From: Octopus sinensis
Lineage: Eukaryota
NCBI RefSeq assembly: GCF_006345805.1
Contig: NC_043013.1
Span: forward strand, 48,794,001 to 48,858,000
Length of the DNA: 64,000 nucleotides
Reading direction: 5' to 3'
The notes beneath the pieces were generated by a model, which was not told where the DNA came from, searched no databases, and saw only the letters and a program-made list of their open reading frames with translations. This document shows, one piece after another, positions 25,683 to 39,272 of this stretch (positions are counted from its first letter, which is position 1; each line of letters opens with the position of its first letter). Made by a program: the position numbers and the translations under genes.

Positions 25683-25855
25683 CAGGGAAAGTTTACGAAA
25701 AAGAAAAAACAAAAGACGAAGACAGGTGGTGTATTAGTATAACGCTCAGGAATAGAAAAGATTTTTACTTTTCGAGCCTACGCTCTTCTACAGAAAGGTA
25801 CACAGAAAAAACAAGGAGAGAAAAATGTGTGTAGTGGCCAAAGATCTATCATGGC

Positions 25856-25858
<3 letters not shown>
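25683..25858 (-). mobile_element. Repeat family D copy 2
   Basis: Reverse complement of the 3' half of 8118-8434. Confidence 0.85.
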
Positions 25859-25894
<36 letters not shown>

Positions 25895-26836
25895 GAAATG
25901 AAGAAAATGCTGACAAAATAATTGAAGTAATTTAAGTAATTTAATTAGGTGAAAGTTCTTTTTACCGGTTGCGCATTTGTTATGCTTATCAAAATATAAA
26001 AGAGAGATTAGAGTTCCTTCCTGATAGATTTTTTCCTCTTATCTGACTTTATGTTGGGTTTGCTGTCTCTTATATGTGAAAAAAAGAGGCTCCAGAGTTG
26101 TTTTGGATTTGCTTGGTTTCGCGCCTAAAATTTCTTGTGGACAATGGTCAATACAATTTTGATTGGTCATTATGAAGGGGTCAAGTGAATGTTTGAATGG
26201 AAGTTGGTGTTGGGGTAAGAAAAAAGGCTCCAGAGAAGTTAAAATTTGGCTAGTGTCCCGCCTAAAATTTCTTATTGGCCATAATAAAGAGGTCACGTGG
26301 ATGTGGTCACGTGAATGTTTAGAATTTTCGAAAATAGCGTTGTTGAAAATTCTTATTGTTCAGGCTGGTCAGTAGACGTCATGTGGATATTTTAAATAGC
26401 TTTTTAGCGCGTAGTTAGGGAGTATATTTTCCGCTTGACTGAATTTGAGCTGGATAAGTAAGTTCGTTTAGGACAGGGAGAGCTGTATGTATGTATATAT
26501 ATATCTTTAAGTCACAATTTATGGATTCCAGTAATCTGGTAGTACTCACAAAAAGCTCCTTCATGTATCATTCTACAAAGAATATATAGTACGATGCAAG
26601 AGAAAATGATGGGAAGTGTATAAATTTACAAATGACAGAGAAATAGTTTGGTGAAATTGTATTTAAAAATAAGAAAATTCTAATATCGTGACAGTTTAAA
26701 TTCTGCATTATTTTGAAGATTGTTTTGCATTTTGTATTAATACAAATATATAAGCAATTTATTTATTATTAAATGTAATAATATACATTATTTACATGTC
26801 TAAGTTACGAAACATTTTCTCTGTCATCAATGACTT

Positions 26837-26870
<34 letters not shown>

Positions 26871-26893
26871 ATAATATATATATATATATATGT

Positions 26894-27136
26894 ATTGTTC
26901 TTATTGAAGAAACTCCATTAACTAAATTTGAAACTTAAAACATTAGGACCAGGTGCCTATAATACATTTATCATGTAAAATGTTTAAGTAATAATGAGTA
27001 ATTTATTTACTTATTTATTGTAATTCGAATTTAAATTATATAGTTACTTTAATTGATGAGAATTTATATTATTATTATAGGCACCTGGTCCTAATGTTTC
27101 AAATTTAGTTAATGGAGTTTCTTCTATAAGAACAAT
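26894..27136. mobile_element. AT-rich MITE with about 65-bp inverted arms
   Basis: attgttcttattgaagaaactccattaactaaatttgaaac[ttaaaac]attaggaccaggtgcctataata versus the reverse complement of 27070-27136. The left arm has a 7-bp insertion. Confidence 0.88.
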
Positions 27137-27559
27137 CATGATTTTATTTGGTTCAGAAATATTGTTTAATTCTATCAGCTTATTTATTTAACTATTATTG
27201 TTATTATTGTTGACCTGAGGAGTGACTATAATTTTAAATTGAATTGTTTTTCGATTAAATTTATATACATACATACATACACACATGCATGCACATGCAT
27301 AAACAGTATATATGATATATACACATTGTTGGATAGCCGTTGACTACTCATGAATTCCACTACCTTGTGATGTGTTTTATCTTTTGTCCCGCAAGGTAAC
27401 CAACGAGATGACGTATAGGTACAGAGAGCAATAACAGGTCTGGAGGAAAATTGGTAGTGGGGATTTGTCAAAAGATATTCAATCAGCTACTGATTGCCAT
27501 GGTGATTAAAGTTTTATGCTCTCATAAAAAGAAAAGCACATGGCCATAAAGATGCAAGA

Positions 27560-28750
<1,191 letters not shown>

Positions 28751-28755
28751 CAAAT

Positions 28756-29164
28756 AGGCGTAGGAGTGGCTGTGTGGTAAGTAGCTTGCTTACGAACCAC
28801 ATGGTTCCAGGTTCAGTCCCACTGCATGGCACCTTGGGCAAGTGTCTTCTACTATAGCCTCGGGCCGACCAAAGCCTTGTGAGTGGATTTGGTAGACAGA
28901 AACTGAAAGAAGCCCGTTGTATATATGTATATGTATATATATACGTGTATGTTTGTGTGTTGTGTTTGTCCCCACCAACATCGCTTGACAACCGATGCTG
29001 GTGTGTTTACGTCCCCGTAACTTAGCGTTCGGCAAAAAAGACCGATGGAGTAAGTACTAGGCTTACAAAGAATAAGTCCTGGGGTCGATTTCCTCGACTA
29101 AAGGTGGTGCTCCGGCATGGCCACAGTCAAATGACTGAAACAAGTAAATGAGTAAATGAGTAAA
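28756..29164 (+). mobile_element. tRNA-derived SINE family A, full length
   Basis: A-box-like TGGCTGTGTGGT, B-box-like GGTTCAGTCCC, body gcaccttgggcaagtgtcttctactatagcc, and a tandem tgagtaaa tail. Confidence 0.92.
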
Positions 29165-29590
29165 TACTAAGAAGGAAAGAAGCCTCACGGTAAGCCAAAA
29201 ACGCGTTTCAAGGATTTAATAAGTAACCTCTAAAGAATTTCAAACGGATACATGCAAACGGGGTCAGTGATGCACTTGACCGACAAAAATGGAGGAGAAA
29301 AATGCGAGAAGATGCTGCCTTGTCTGAAAATAATAAGCGGAAACATACACTGATGGAAAAAAAAACAAGATTTATTTATGGGCAATGATCCTTCTCTCCA
29401 CTCTTCTGATACCTGCATTCGTATTTACCACTCTGAAGCTGGACTAGATAATCATAAGCGGAAGCACATATTTAGGCCCCCTACAGACTTTTCTCAGTCA
29501 CAATTTGATAAATTATCTTGCTCTGTTTGCAATAAGACATGCAGAAATAAATTCAGGTTGATAAGGGTTTACAGCGAAATCAAGCGTTTT
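29165..29590 (+). mobile_element. 3' end of the same RTE element
   Basis: GKKPHGKPKTRFKD..DRQKWRRKM..CSVCNKTC corresponds to the RTE G.R..GR...R.KD, DR..WR and C-terminal CxxC motifs. Confidence 0.6.
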
Positions 29591-29821
29591 TATATCGTCT
29601 GCATGGAAAAATTTGTAAATCTCTTGCAAGACTAAAAAGCCATTTCCGGTAAACATAATACGAAAGCTTTCTCTAGCAATTTTAAAGTAATTTTATACTG
29701 TAAACATTCTGATCCATATTACTTGCGAGTTTGTGTGTTGTTAGTTTTTAATTAGCTTCGTGCCTTTGTGTGCGTACTCTGTCAGTGCAGCTACTGAGAA
29801 GAGTCATACACGACTGAGTCA

Positions 29822-29830
29822 ACAGTCATC

Positions 29831-29877
<47 letters not shown>

Positions 29878-30011
29878 CATACGCACATACACACACACGC
29901 ACACACACACACATATATATATATATGTGTGTGTGTGTGTTATTATTCTCCTAGCCAATTTGAACCTCTATACATACGTACTTGCATATCTATCTATCTA
30001 TCTATCTATCG

Positions 30012-30061
<50 letters not shown>

Positions 30062-30090
30062 ATATCTATATATCTATCTATCTATATATA

Positions 30091-30129
<39 letters not shown>

Positions 30130-30193
30130 CATACACACATACTGAGTTCACAATATACATGTGCACATACGCATATGTCTATACATACATACA

Positions 30194-30261
<68 letters not shown>

Positions 30262-30300
30262 GATATATATATATATATATATACATACATATATACATAT
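29822..30300. repeat. Compound (TA)/(CA)/(TCTA)/(TACA) microsatellite
   Basis: Read directly. Confidence 0.95.
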
Positions 30301-30704
30301 GCACCTGATTAACTTTTTTCTAATAAGACTTCCAAAGTATTGACGTTAGTGTCATGATTAAAAACACACGGAGGAAACATGCACATACATGCGCGTAGAA
30401 AAACAATTCATGACTATTCATCCATATACACAAGTCCGTGTAATATTCGTTCACATGCACATATATATTATTTACAGATTTTCCCTATTAATATAGAAAA
30501 AAATTATTTTCCCCTTTACCCCAACAATCTTCCCTTTCTCTACACCCGTTTCTTTTTTTTTTTACGAAGAGGAGCTGAAGCTCGGAACCTGAAGGAGTCT
30601 TCTGTCTCCTTAATCGTTATACTAATAATTACACCTTTGTGTTCTGTGTTATTATTCTTCTCGTCAATTTTGTCCTCTATGCATACATACTTGAATATAT
30701 ATAT

Positions 30705-31066
30705 ATTCTTTTATTCTTTTACTTGCTTGAGTCATTTGACTGCGCCATGCTGGAACACCGCCATTAGTCGAACAAATAGACTCCAGAACTTGTTCTTTGT
30801 AAGCTTAGTGCTTATTTTATCGGTCTATTTCCCCCAACCGCTAGGTTACGGGGACGTAAAATACACCAACATCGGTTATCAAGCGATGGTTGGGGGTCAA
30901 ACACAGACACACAAGCACACACATATACGACGGGCTTCTTTCAGTTTCTGTTTACCAAATCTACTTACATCGCTTTGGTCGGCTCGAGGCTTTAGTAGAT
31001 GACACTTGCCCAAGGTGCCACGCAGTAGGACTGAACCCGGAACCATGTGGTTGGGAAGCAAAGTTC
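30705..31066 (-). mobile_element. SINE family A, with its head truncated by a family C insertion
   Basis: Reverse complement of the 28756 family. It stops within the head, where the family C dimer begins. Confidence 0.88.
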
Positions 31067-31481
31067 TTATTTCTTTACTACCTACAAGGTGCTAAACACA
31101 GAGAGGAAAAAGAAGGACAGACAAATGGATTAAGTAGATTATATCGACTCCAGTGCGTAACTGATACTTTATTTATTGACCCCGAAAGGATGAAAGGCAA
31201 AGTCGACCTCGGCGGAATTTGAACTCAGAACGTAACCGCAGACGAAATACCTATTTCTTTACGACCTACAAGGTGCTAAACACAGCGAGGACAAACAAGG
31301 ACAGACAAAGGGATTAAGTCGATTATATCGACCCCAGTGCGTAACTGGTACTTATTTAATCTACCCCGAAAGGATGAAAGGCAAAGTCGACCTCGGCGGA
31401 ATTTGAACTCAGAACGTAACGGCAGACGAAACACCGCAAAGCATTTCGCCCGGCGTGCTAACGTTTCTGCCAGCTCGCCGC
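31067..31481 (-). mobile_element. SINE family C with a tandem duplication of its 3' ~184 bp
   Basis: Units start at about 31068 and 31252 and share aaaggatgaaaggcaaagtcgacctcggcggaatttgaactcagaacgtaa. The head gcggcgagctggcagaaacg occurs once, ending at 31481. Confidence 0.9.
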
Positions 31482-31539
31482 AGTAAAGATTCTTAACAAA
31501 CAGCTACTCCTGCCCCTATTGTATATATATTTAGCTCAC

Positions 31540-32178
31540 ATTTCTAAATAGAATGATGCTCACTGCATCCTTAAGGCTTCATGCTAATTTTATATTTTAT
31601 AGTATATAATGCTATTAAACCTGTGAACCGCCTATGTAACTGCTGTTAATATTATCAATTAAAAATATTCGTTATAGATGGCATTAGCAATAATATCATG
31701 TTATTTCGAATGTAAACACTTGGATGATTTTGCTCATAAATATTTTTCACCATGCGTTACTGGGTTTTGATGTAAAACAATCCAGAGCGCTAATGGTGGC
31801 GGATTTGGAATTATTTACCCAGTAACTCATATTGAAGAAGGTTAAAGCCCTCGGCCCAACACCCGAAACCATGGTATATGAGCGTCTGAACGGCATAATC
31901 TTTATAGGTATGCTTTTGAATTCTTTGTCCGTTTCCTCGCGTACTGTTATTTTCTATCATTTTGGTGGCATCCGGCAGTTGAACTGAGACTTTAGCTACC
32001 ACTTCTAAATAGGTTGATGCTCACTGCATCCTTAAGGCTTCATGATAATTTTATATTTTATAGCTTATAATGCTATTAACCCTTTGAACCGCCTATGTTA
32101 CTACTTTAAAATATTTGGCATTGATGGTATTAACAATAGTAACATCTTATTTCGAATGTAAACATTTGAATGTTTTTG
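31540..32178 (+). repeat. Two diverged ~190-bp direct repeats (31540-31735 and 31999-32178)
   Basis: Shared gatgctcactgcatccttaaggcttcatg..aattttatattttatag..gaaccgcctatgt..tatttcgaatgtaaaca. Confidence 0.85.
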
Positions 32179-32204
32179 ATTATATATATATATGCACACG
32201 TCAA

Positions 32205-32511
32205 GACCACCAGCCCTCTTTCACACGCACATACGTACTCTCTTACACACACGCGCACCTTCATTTTGGGGATCATCTTTACTTTGTTATCTCCCCTACT
32301 TCTTCGCTCTCCTGTGTGACCCTTCCGTCCGGCAGTCGCCATGATAGATCGGTAGCCACTACACACCTTTTTTCTCTCTCCTTGTTTCTTCTGTAGAAGA
32401 GTGGAGGCTCGAAACGTAAAATACTTTTTCTATTCCTGAGCATTATACTAATACATCTGTTTGTTTTGTACACCACCTGACTTCGTTTTTGTTTTTTTCG
32501 TGAATTCTCCC
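32205..32511 (+). mobile_element. Repeat family D copy 3
   Basis: Aligns end to end with 8118-8434. Confidence 0.88.
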
Positions 32512-32619
32512 TATTATATATATATATTATATATATATATATATATAGATATATATGTTTGTATAATATATATATAGTATATATAATATATATATACATT
32601 ATATAGATGTTTTGTATAA

Positions 32620-32659
<40 letters not shown>

Positions 32660-32731
32660 TATATATAACATATATATATATATGTTTGTATAATATATAT
32701 ATATATATATATTATATATATAATGTTGGTA

Positions 32732-32763
<32 letters not shown>

Positions 32764-32780
32764 TATATATATATCTCAGT

Positions 32781-33163
32781 AGGCACAGACGTGGCTGTGT
32801 GGTAAGAAGCTTCCCCCACCACATGGTTGCGAGTTCAGTGCCACCGCGTGGCACCTTGGGCAAGTGTCTTCTACTATAGCTTTGGGCCGACCAAAACCTT
32901 GTAAGTGGATTTGGTAGACGGAAACTGAAAGAAGCCCGTCGTATGTGTGTGTGTGCTTGTGCCTGTGTTTGTCACACCACCATCGCTTGACAACTGATGT
33001 CGGTGTGTTTACATCCCTGCAACTTAGTGGTTCGGCAAAAGAGTCCGATAGAATAAGTACCAACCTTACAAAGAATGAGTCCTGGGGTCGATTTTCTTCG
33101 TCTAAACGGTAATGCTCCAGCATGGCCTCAGTCAAATGACCGAAACAAGTAACAAAATAAAGA
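32781..33163 (+). mobile_element. SINE family A, full length
   Basis: Same head, body and tail as 28756. Confidence 0.9.
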
Positions 33164-33183
33164 ACACACATATATATATATAT

Positions 33184-33398
33184 AGGCGCAGCCGTGGCTG
33201 TGTGCCAAGAAGCTTGTTTCCCAACCACATGGTTCTGGATTCAGTCCCTTGTTTGTGTCCCAGTACGTAGCGGTTTGGCAAAAGAGACCGATAAAATAAG
33301 TACTAGGCTTACAAAGAATAAGTCCTGGGGTCGATTTGTTCGACTGAAGGCGGTGCTTCAGCATGGCCGCAGTCAAATAACTGAAACAAGTAAAAGAA
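33184..33398 (+). mobile_element. SINE family A, internally deleted
   Basis: The head is joined directly to the 3' segment gcaaaagagaccgata..gtcaaataactgaaacaag. Confidence 0.85.
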
Positions 33399-33544
33399 TA
33401 TTCTTTCAAACATTTTAGCCTTTTGGCTTGCCCATGCTGGAGCACAACCAGAGTCAAACTTGTCAAGCAGGCCACTACAGAGGATCGAGCCCGTACCTCT
33501 GAAACTTAAAATAATAAGCTGTACCATTAAGCTAAGACTCCTAC

Positions 33545-34860
33545 ATGTGTGTGTGTGTGTGTGTGTGTACTTGTATATTCATGTATGCAAGCTTATAGAT
33601 ATATATGTATGCATGTTTGTATATATATATAAATAAATATATATATATAAATAAATATATATATGTATATTATATATATATATATATATATGTGTATATA
33701 TATGTGTATATTATGTGTATATATATGTGTATATATATATGTGTATATATATGGTGTATATATATTGTGTATATATATGTGTATATATATATGTATATGT
33801 ATATATATATATGTATATGTATATATGTATATGTATATATATATGTATATGTATATATATATATGTATATGTATATATATATATGTAATATATATATGTA
33901 TATATATATATGTATATGTATATATATATATATGTATATGTATATATATAGTATATGTATATATATATATGTATATGTATATATATATATGTATATGTAT
34001 ATATATATATGTATATGTATATATATATATGTATATGTATATATATATATGTATATGTATATATATATATTATGTATATGTATATATATATATGTATATG
34101 TATATATATATATGTATATATATGTATATGTATATATATATATGTATATGTATATATATATGTATATATATGTATATGTATATGTATATATATGTATATG
34201 TATATATATGTATATGTATATATATATATGTGTATATGTATATATATATATTGTGTATATGTATATATATTATGTGTATATGTATATATATATATTGTGT
34301 ATATGTATATGTATATATATATTGTGTATATGTATATATATATTGTGTATATGTATATATATATATTGTGTATATGTATATATATATATGTGTGTATTAT
34401 GTTATATATATAATATATGTGTATATGTATATATATATATAATTGTATATGTATATATATATATATGTGTATATGTATATATATTATGTGTATATGTATA
34501 TATATATATGTGTATATGTATATATATATATATGTGTATATGTATATATATTATGTGTATATGTATATATATATATGGTGTATATGTATATATAATATGT
34601 ATATATGTATATATATATGTATATATGTATATATAATGTATATATGTATATATTATATATATAGTATATATATATATGTATTGTTATATATATATATTGT
34701 ATTATATATATTGTATATGTATATATATATATATATGTATATGTATATAATGTATATGTATATATATATATATGTATATATGTATATATATATATATGTA
34801 TATGTATATATAATATATAGGTATATATGTTATATATATATGTATATGTATATATATATG

Positions 34861-34911
<51 letters not shown>

Positions 34912-34974
34912 GTATATGTATATATATTATACATACATACATGCATACATGCATTATATATATATGTATATTAC

Positions 34975-35005
<31 letters not shown>

Positions 35006-35093
35006 ACATACATACATGCATATATATATATATAATCATATTAATATATATATATATATATATATAATCATATATATCTATATATTATATATA

Positions 35094-35129
<36 letters not shown>

Positions 35130-35135
35130 CATATA

Positions 35136-35166
<31 letters not shown>

Positions 35167-35206
35167 ATCATATATAAATATTATATATATATATATACAT
35201 ATAATC

Positions 35207-35237
<31 letters not shown>

Positions 35238-35277
35238 CATATATAAATATATATTATATATATATAATCATATATAA

Positions 35278-35319
<42 letters not shown>

Positions 35320-35326
35320 TATATAC

Positions 35327-35360
<34 letters not shown>

Positions 35361-35518
35361 CATATATATATATTATATATATATACATATATATATACAT
35401 ATATATATTACATATATATATACATATATATATATATACATATATATATATATCTATACATATATATATATATACATATTATATATATACATATATATAT
35501 ACATATATATATATATAC

Positions 35519-35558
<40 letters not shown>

Positions 35559-35801
35559 CATTATATATACATATATATATATATACATATATATATATAC
35601 TATATATATATATCATACATATATATATACATATATATCTATACATACATATATATACATATATATATATACATATATATACTATATATATACATATTAT
35701 ATATATACATACATATATATACATATATATATATATACATATATATACATATATATATATATACATATATATATATATCATATATATATACATATATATA
35801 C

Positions 35802-35832
<31 letters not shown>

Positions 35833-35990
35833 CATAATATATAAATATATATACATATATAATATATATATAATTATATTATGTATATATGTATGTGTCT
35901 ATGCATATACATATATTCATGTTTGCATGTGCGTGCGTATTTATCTATGCATATGGATGTGCGTATATGTGTATGTGATTGTGTGTGTGT
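33545..35990. repeat. ~2.4-kb (TA)n-based low-complexity tract
   Basis: Read directly. The interrupting bases are mostly G in the left part and mostly C in the right part. Confidence 0.97.
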
Positions 35991-36386
35991 GTGAAAACAC
36001 TGGGACAATTGCAACTGTGATTTAGACTACACTTAAACTGCCAAAGTCATGTCAGCAGCAGAACCCACGCATAATTGTCTACCTGGATCTCTTCCAGATA
36101 TTTCTCTGAAAACTCGTGAACAAGTATTATAACGGCTGTAACAACAAGCTTTTATTGACTGCCGTATTCACTCCAATTGTTGTTTAAATTGTCTTCGGTC
36201 TTTCGATTGTTGTGGTTGCCACAAGCAACCAATCATTGCTTCCATTATTGCTGCTATATGCACGCTGACTGATGTTACAGATTTTTACACTTCCCACCAC
36301 CACTTCTCTTAACTCTGTCAACTACTTAGGCTGACATGTGAGCTACAGGATACATAAAATGAAGGACAACAACAACAACAACAACA

Positions 36387-36461
<75 letters not shown>

Positions 36462-36482
36462 GTTTTTGTTGTTAGGCTGACT

Positions 36483-36890
36483 TAAGGCAGCGAGCTGGGA
36501 GAGTCACTACCGTCCCGGTCAAAATGCTAAGCAGCATATCGTCCGGTTTTAAACGTTCTGACTTCATATTCTACCGAAATCGAATTTTGCCTTTCATCCC
36601 TTTGAGATCGATAAAATAAGTACAAGTTGAGCACTTCCCCCGAACTTGCTGGCGTTGTAATCAAAATTCGAAACCGTCATTTGGTTGACGAGCTGGTTGG
36701 CAGAATCGGTAGCATGTCGCCGGATTAAACGTCTAGAAGCACTTCCTCCGGCTTCTTACGCTCTGAGTTGAAATTTCACCGAGGTCAACTTTGCCTTTCA
36801 TCTTTTCCAAGTCAATAAAATAAAGTAACAATCAAGTGCTGGGGTCGATGCAATTCAATGGCCTGAAATTCCTCGCCTTGTGACCACAGT
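36483..36890 (+). mobile_element. Two adjacent decayed SINE family C copies
   Basis: taaggcagcgagctgg..ttttgcctttcatccctttgagatcgataaaataagtac and gacgagctgg..gaggtcaactttgcctttcatc..ctggggtcgatg. Confidence 0.75.
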
Positions 36891-37084
36891 AGAAAGAATT
36901 ACCGTTATTCTTATTATTTTCATTGATGCTTTTGTTCTGGCAGATGTTATACCGACGCTATATCAAAAGAGTGAGTCATATCAAACGGCCAAAAGGGGTC
37001 ATTCTTTCTCCTTCAGCTTTTTAATATATTCTCCTTAGAATCCTTGATGTTTCTAACACGGCTGTTTTCTGCAACAGCCCCGTT

Positions 37085-37742
37085 CCTTTTCTCTCTTCTT
37101 CTATCTTCTGTCTTCTTATTCCTTTCTTCTTCTTTTTTCTTCTTCTTCTTCTTCTTTCTTCCTCCTTTTCTTCTCCTTCTTCTTCTTCCCCCCTCCTCTT
37201 TTTTCTCTCTTCCCTCCTCCTCCTCTCTTCTCTTCTTCTTCTTCTTCTTCTTCTTCCTCCTCCTCCTCCTATTTTTTCTCTTCCTCCTCCCTCCTCCTCC
37301 CTCCTCCCCTCTCCTTTTCCTCTTCTCCCCTCCTTCTCCTCATCCTTCCTCTCCTCCTCCTTCTCCTCCCCTCCTCCTCCTTCTCCTCCTTTTTCCCTTC
37401 TTCCCCTCTTATCCTCCTTCTCCTCCTTTTTCTCCTTCTCCACTCCTTCTCCTCCTCCCTCACTCCTCTATTCTTCTCCTCCTTTTTTTCTCTCCTCCCT
37501 CCCCCTCCTTTTTCTCCTCCTTCTCCTCCTTTTTCTCCTTCTTCCCCCTCCTCTCCTCCTCCTCCTTCTTCTGCTCCTTCTCCTTTTTCTCCTCCTCCTC
37601 TTCCTTTTTCTCCTTCTTCCCCTCCTTCGCATCCTCCTCTTCCTTCTTCTCCTCCTTCTCCTCCTTCTTCTTCTTCTTCTCCTCCTCCTTCTTCTTCTTC
37701 TTCTCCTCCTCCTTCTTCTTCTTCTTCTTCTTCTTCTTCTTG
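37085..37742. repeat. Polypyrimidine (CTT/CTC)n low-complexity tract
   Basis: Read directly. It is the source of the poly-R/E and poly-S/F ORFs. Confidence 0.97.
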
Positions 37743-38574
37743 TCGTTGTTGTTATGGCCATATTGGCAAAATACCCTTCGGATCGGTCGTAAGTTTGTTT
37801 ATATATATAGAACTGCAAATTGTTAATTTTTTATAGTATACCGTCTTCTAAAGAAAAATAGAACCCCAGAGTGCTGGCTGATTTCTTTTTTTCACATCCT
37901 TTTGGGGCTCAACTTTGTGGCAAAAGACTCAAATTTTGCTTTGAAAATAACTATTCTTGGTAATATGGTGTCGGTTTCATCAGCCAGCGAAGTGAAGGGA
38001 GAAGTAGGAGGTGACTTTCAAAGATAGAAATGCAGCACATGTCAAGGTTCATCTCTCTCCTTCTGCTTATGGAAGAGAAGGATTTTCCCTGATGAAAACA
38101 CAAAATAAAAAAAAATTGCGTTACTTCCATCGCAGCGATATATAGTAGTTACGGAGATGTACTTGCATAGCGAGTGACTTGATCTGAGATCGTGTGCTGG
38201 AACGAAAACAATTGCAGCGTGCTGCACGCAAAGCGACGAAAATATTTTGACAAATTAAATTTAAATATTGAAGTGAATCTAACGGTTTTGTGTGTTTCTT
38301 AAATGGCTTATAAATACCCACCACGCTGCAATTGATATATAGTAGTATTAATAGCAATTAAACCAATAACAATAGCAAAAGTAACAACAGAAACAGTAAT
38401 AACAATAACGTTAGCAGTGGCAGAAGCAACAACTGCGATGGCAAGAGAGAGATGATAATTTATCGCTGTGGGCCTTTAGAAAGTCATCGTCTGGAGACGG
38501 CCAAGTCCTCAGAGTAGCGTTCTCGCCTCAGAAGTATAGCAGTATATTCAGTATGTATCCTGGGTAAGGGAATT

Positions 38575-38870
38575 CTATGGGGTCAAAGTCCTAGTTAAGA
38601 CTGGGACCCGCGCACTGCAACGCTTGTTGATCGCCTGCTGAAATACTGAGATCACCCTCTTCTTCATATACTTAAGAAGTAGGCTAAGGAGGGTGTCCAG
38701 CCTGGGCTGGCTCTCTGTGGATCCTAGCCTGCGGCGTGTTGGAAGGCAGCAACATCTCATTGGATGTCAAACAAATGGAGGCAAGAAGACTGCTCTGGGA
38801 TGACGTTGGAAAATCTCCATGCTAAACATCATCTCCCTGCTAAATTGAGTGGAACTATTTATAATTTCAG
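38575..38870 (-). mobile_element. Possible CRE-like non-LTR retrotransposon 3' remnant
   Basis: Broken frames give GR*CLAW and QYFSRRSTSVAVRG, loosely like the GK.L.WD and YL.QRLS.A.QRGN motifs. Weak. Confidence 0.3.
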
Positions 38871-39145
38871 AAAGCAAAAGACCTAGATACCATTTGTGAG
38901 GCAGCACCGATCGTGTGAGAGCTTGCTATTCACACTACCTAACCGAAAAGGCGAAAAGAATGGCTCCGGTGACGCCGTCACCATCGCTGCAACAATGAAG
39001 CAGCATGCCAGAATAGAGGCAGCAGCATCAGCACCAGGAAGAGTAAAAAAAGGAACAGCTACAACATCTGTACCAACATCAACATCAGTGACAACAGCAG
39101 AAACAGCAATAACGACTTTAACCACAGCAGCAACTGTAAGTGGAT

Positions 39146-39272
39146 CACAGTTTCGATTCCCAGACCGGGCGTTGTGTGTGTTTATTGAGCGAAAGCACCT
39201 AAAGCTCCACGAGGCTCCGGCAGGGGGTGGTGGTGACCCGTTGTACTCTTTCGCTCCAACTTTCTCTCATCT
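39146..39272 (+). mobile_element. SINE family B, partial
   Basis: gtttcgattcccagaccgggcgttgtg..gagcgaaagcacctaaagctccacgaggctccggcag. Confidence 0.85.

Noticed and set aside
26085-26300. Two imperfect units aaaaaaggctccagag..cgcctaaaatttctt
   Set aside because: Too short and diverged to assign. It is probably subterminal sequence of an unrecognised DNA element.
37021-37826. Poly-Arg/Glu and poly-Ser/Phe ORFs, plus the poly-Leu/Ile/Pro ORFs at 9963, 50642 and 52010
   Set aside because: Trinucleotide and polypyrimidine repeats, not coding.
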